From: Laetmonice hystrix | Lineage: Eukaryota | DNA: 64,000 nucleotides | Assembly: GCA_965235115.1 (NCBI GenBank) | Contig: OZ249445.1 | Coordinates: 8,804,001 to 8,868,000, forward strand | Reading direction: 5' to 3' | Translations under genes and position numbers: made by a program | Notes under the pieces: model-generated | Databases searched by the model: none | What the model was told of the DNA's origin: nothing | The model's input: the letters and a program-made list of their open reading frames with translations, nothing else | Shown here: positions 61,969 through 64,000 of the stretch, piece by piece | How positions within the stretch are numbered: the stretch's first letter is position 1 | Layout of the letters: each line of letters opens with the position of its first letter

Positions 61969-63155
61969 CATCAGCTGTGAACCTCAACAGTCAACTGCCA
62001 GGTGCATGTCATGTGACACCAGGGAATTCCCCCGTCCGTTCCTAGTCCCAGCCCAAATGACGTCTTAATGTGCAAAAAAATTTCCGGCCACGTGTGCTTC
62101 CGAACCCCCCTAGCAGGGATTCGCACCGATCTGGACTCGCGTCTGTATCATAACGAATTTATTATATCCAGTTAAGTTGCCCGACCAATCATCGTTGTTG
62201 CGATTGTTGATCGTTGCGCCGTCCCTGGAGCTGGGTGGGTGGGGGGTGACTGGCTAAGCCAGCACCCATTCTGGCTGTCTGCCCACTGGGTCGACTGACC
62301 CTTGTTTTGGTTGAAAATCGTCAGTCCAAGATGAAAATTGTCAGCCAATGTTCGACGGACCGACGTTAAGGAAGAACACTGAATGTGGTGGAGCGATACC
62401 TGAAGCCCTAGACTATTATGGGATGTTGTTCGACACCATTTGCAGCGCCTCTTTCGGAGAGCGGAGGCAAACTCCTGCCAGTTTTAGCTTCGGTCCGAAA
62501 ACAAAAATCACCATACTGCAGTATTGCACTTGCAGTAACAGTGCAAGTCTGAGATTAACAGGCGAACGGTCGTTTTGTTTACCTGTCGGTTACCTAAAAT
62601 AAAACACAGGCGAACGAAAAATGGGTTATGCAAATTTCCCTTAATCTCAGGCCTTGAGTTTTCCTATATTTCCCCCTTTGGGTCAGAGTTGTGGGCTTCG
62701 GGCCTTCAGTGCTCACGGCTGCCTGTCCACCAGCTTTTCCCCACTGTGAGAAATATTTCTCGTTAGAACACTGCATTGATAGTTTTGGGAGCAATTTTTG
62801 CTCCAAGATGCTCGGAAAACGTGTCTCCGGCATTCCTAAGTGGAAAAAATGCTCCCAGACCCTTGCCCTATGGCCCTATTTTTTTCAGGAACACCGGACA
62901 TACAGAGCAGAAATTTCGCTCTGACTTCGTATCTTCTTATTTATTTATTTATTTTTTAAATGTGGGGTGGGGGAGGCCAGGTGCCCCCCCCCCCCCCCAC
63001 CGTGATCGCTCTCGCGCGCCATCGCGCCCCTAAACAGCTTAGGAGAGGAGCGAAAATACGCACCCGTACTTGCTTAAATTGAATAGAGCACCTCGGCAAA
63101 CATGATGGAGGGTTTCTAGATCGCCGGTGGTTCGGCCCCACCATGATAATATTGA

Positions 63156-63304
63156 CAGGCCTCGAATTACACGACGGCATTTGCCATCGTGCCTTTTCCA
63201 TGTATCGTAAATTTGCTGCTGTGCCCTGGAAAAATCTGACGTTGTTTCTTATGTAGCGACGGCAATTTTTGCCGTGCCCCTTTCAACTTCGCATTCGAGG
63301 CCTG
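63156..63304. mobile_element. Short hAT-like MITE, same family as 30529-30906
   Basis: TATTGA|CAGGCCTCGAAT ... ATTCGAGGCCTG|TGTTGA (6-bp TSD with one mismatch); shares GGGGCACGGCAAAAATTGCCGTCG. Confidence 0.75.
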
Positions 63305-63657
63305 TGTTGACATCGATCAATCCAGCAGTATTTTCGATCGCCGCCAAGTTGTACTTTTGTCCCGAATACAATATACTATGTAACAACGTATTTGATTGGC
63401 TTCCCACTTTGAGAACCATGTTACCATTGGTCCGACCAATCTGCATCATCGCACCCAGTCAAGCGATACCTTGTCAACCACGCACTATTCGAAACACGTG
63501 TTGAGACCACAGACATCGTAATATGAAAAATCCTCGGTTGAAGGGAGCTTCCAGATCGCTCTCCTAGAGCAGCTGAGGGGAGCTATTAATCACTCCCCTG
63601 CATTTTTCAAATCCTAAGGTCTGGTATAGCAGTAAAACCCCCAAAAATTGTAATATA

Positions 63658-63902
63658 CTGGGCTTCTGTGAGCCATTCACTACGTTTGCCATGGCTAAAA
63701 ACAGAGCAAATATGGCGAAATATTTTTAAAAAATACCATATTTTCACCACACCCAGAAAGGCAAGAAAATTCTTGCCATCGGAGCGTTAAACATACACAC
63801 CTCCTGGTGGGGGGGATGTGGCTAATGAAATTCTGATGTTGCTATTTGGTTACCTGTTTAGCCATGGTGGCTAAAGAAGATTATTGGCAAGAGGAAGCCC
63901 AG
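63658..63902. mobile_element. hAT-like MITE, same family as 29956-30295
   Basis: CTGGGCTTC ... GGAAGCCCAG; flanks ATATA/ATAAA. Confidence 0.65.
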
Positions 63903-64000
63903 ATAAAACTTTTGGGACCCAAACTTTGTCAAAACTCGCCTCAAATTAGCTAAATGCTCCCTCCCTTCCCTATTGTTTTTGGCGTTGTCAGCAAGCTCCG

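Noticed and set aside
63249-63504. Possible transposase ORFs near the window end
   Set aside because: No catalytic motifs; they overlap MITE termini and non-coding repeat sequence.

Overview
Eukaryotic (animal, probably invertebrate bilaterian) genomic DNA. It is intron-rich and dense in transposon remnants, with no prokaryotic features. One clear protein-coding gene is present: a LIX1/LIX1L (lowfat) family gene on the + strand, with three identifiable coding exons (7857-8020, 17813-17953, 18596-19009); its first exon was not located. The rest consists of minisatellites, many non-autonomous DNA transposons (hAT-, Harbinger-, Tc1/mariner-, Kolobok-, Ginger1- and Helentron-like), two decayed Ty3/Gypsy elements and a CR1-type LINE fragment. 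The most striking structure is a ~15 kb imperfect palindrome (~41.5-56.4 kb, centre ~48.4 kb). Its arms carry three mirrored minisatellites, four copies of an unclassified ~0.8 kb module bearing paired CTCF-consensus motifs, and duplicated splice-site-bounded exons pointing toward the centre. The AT-rich spacer has poly(A) signals on both strands. Arm identity is patchy (roughly 80% to ~99% by eye), which suggests arm-to-arm gene conversion. A LIX1L intron also contains a 41-bp minisatellite with exactly 12 TGTGGGAA (CSL/RBPJ-type) sites. All identities and copy numbers are manual estimates, and TE superfamily labels rest on termini and TSDs only.
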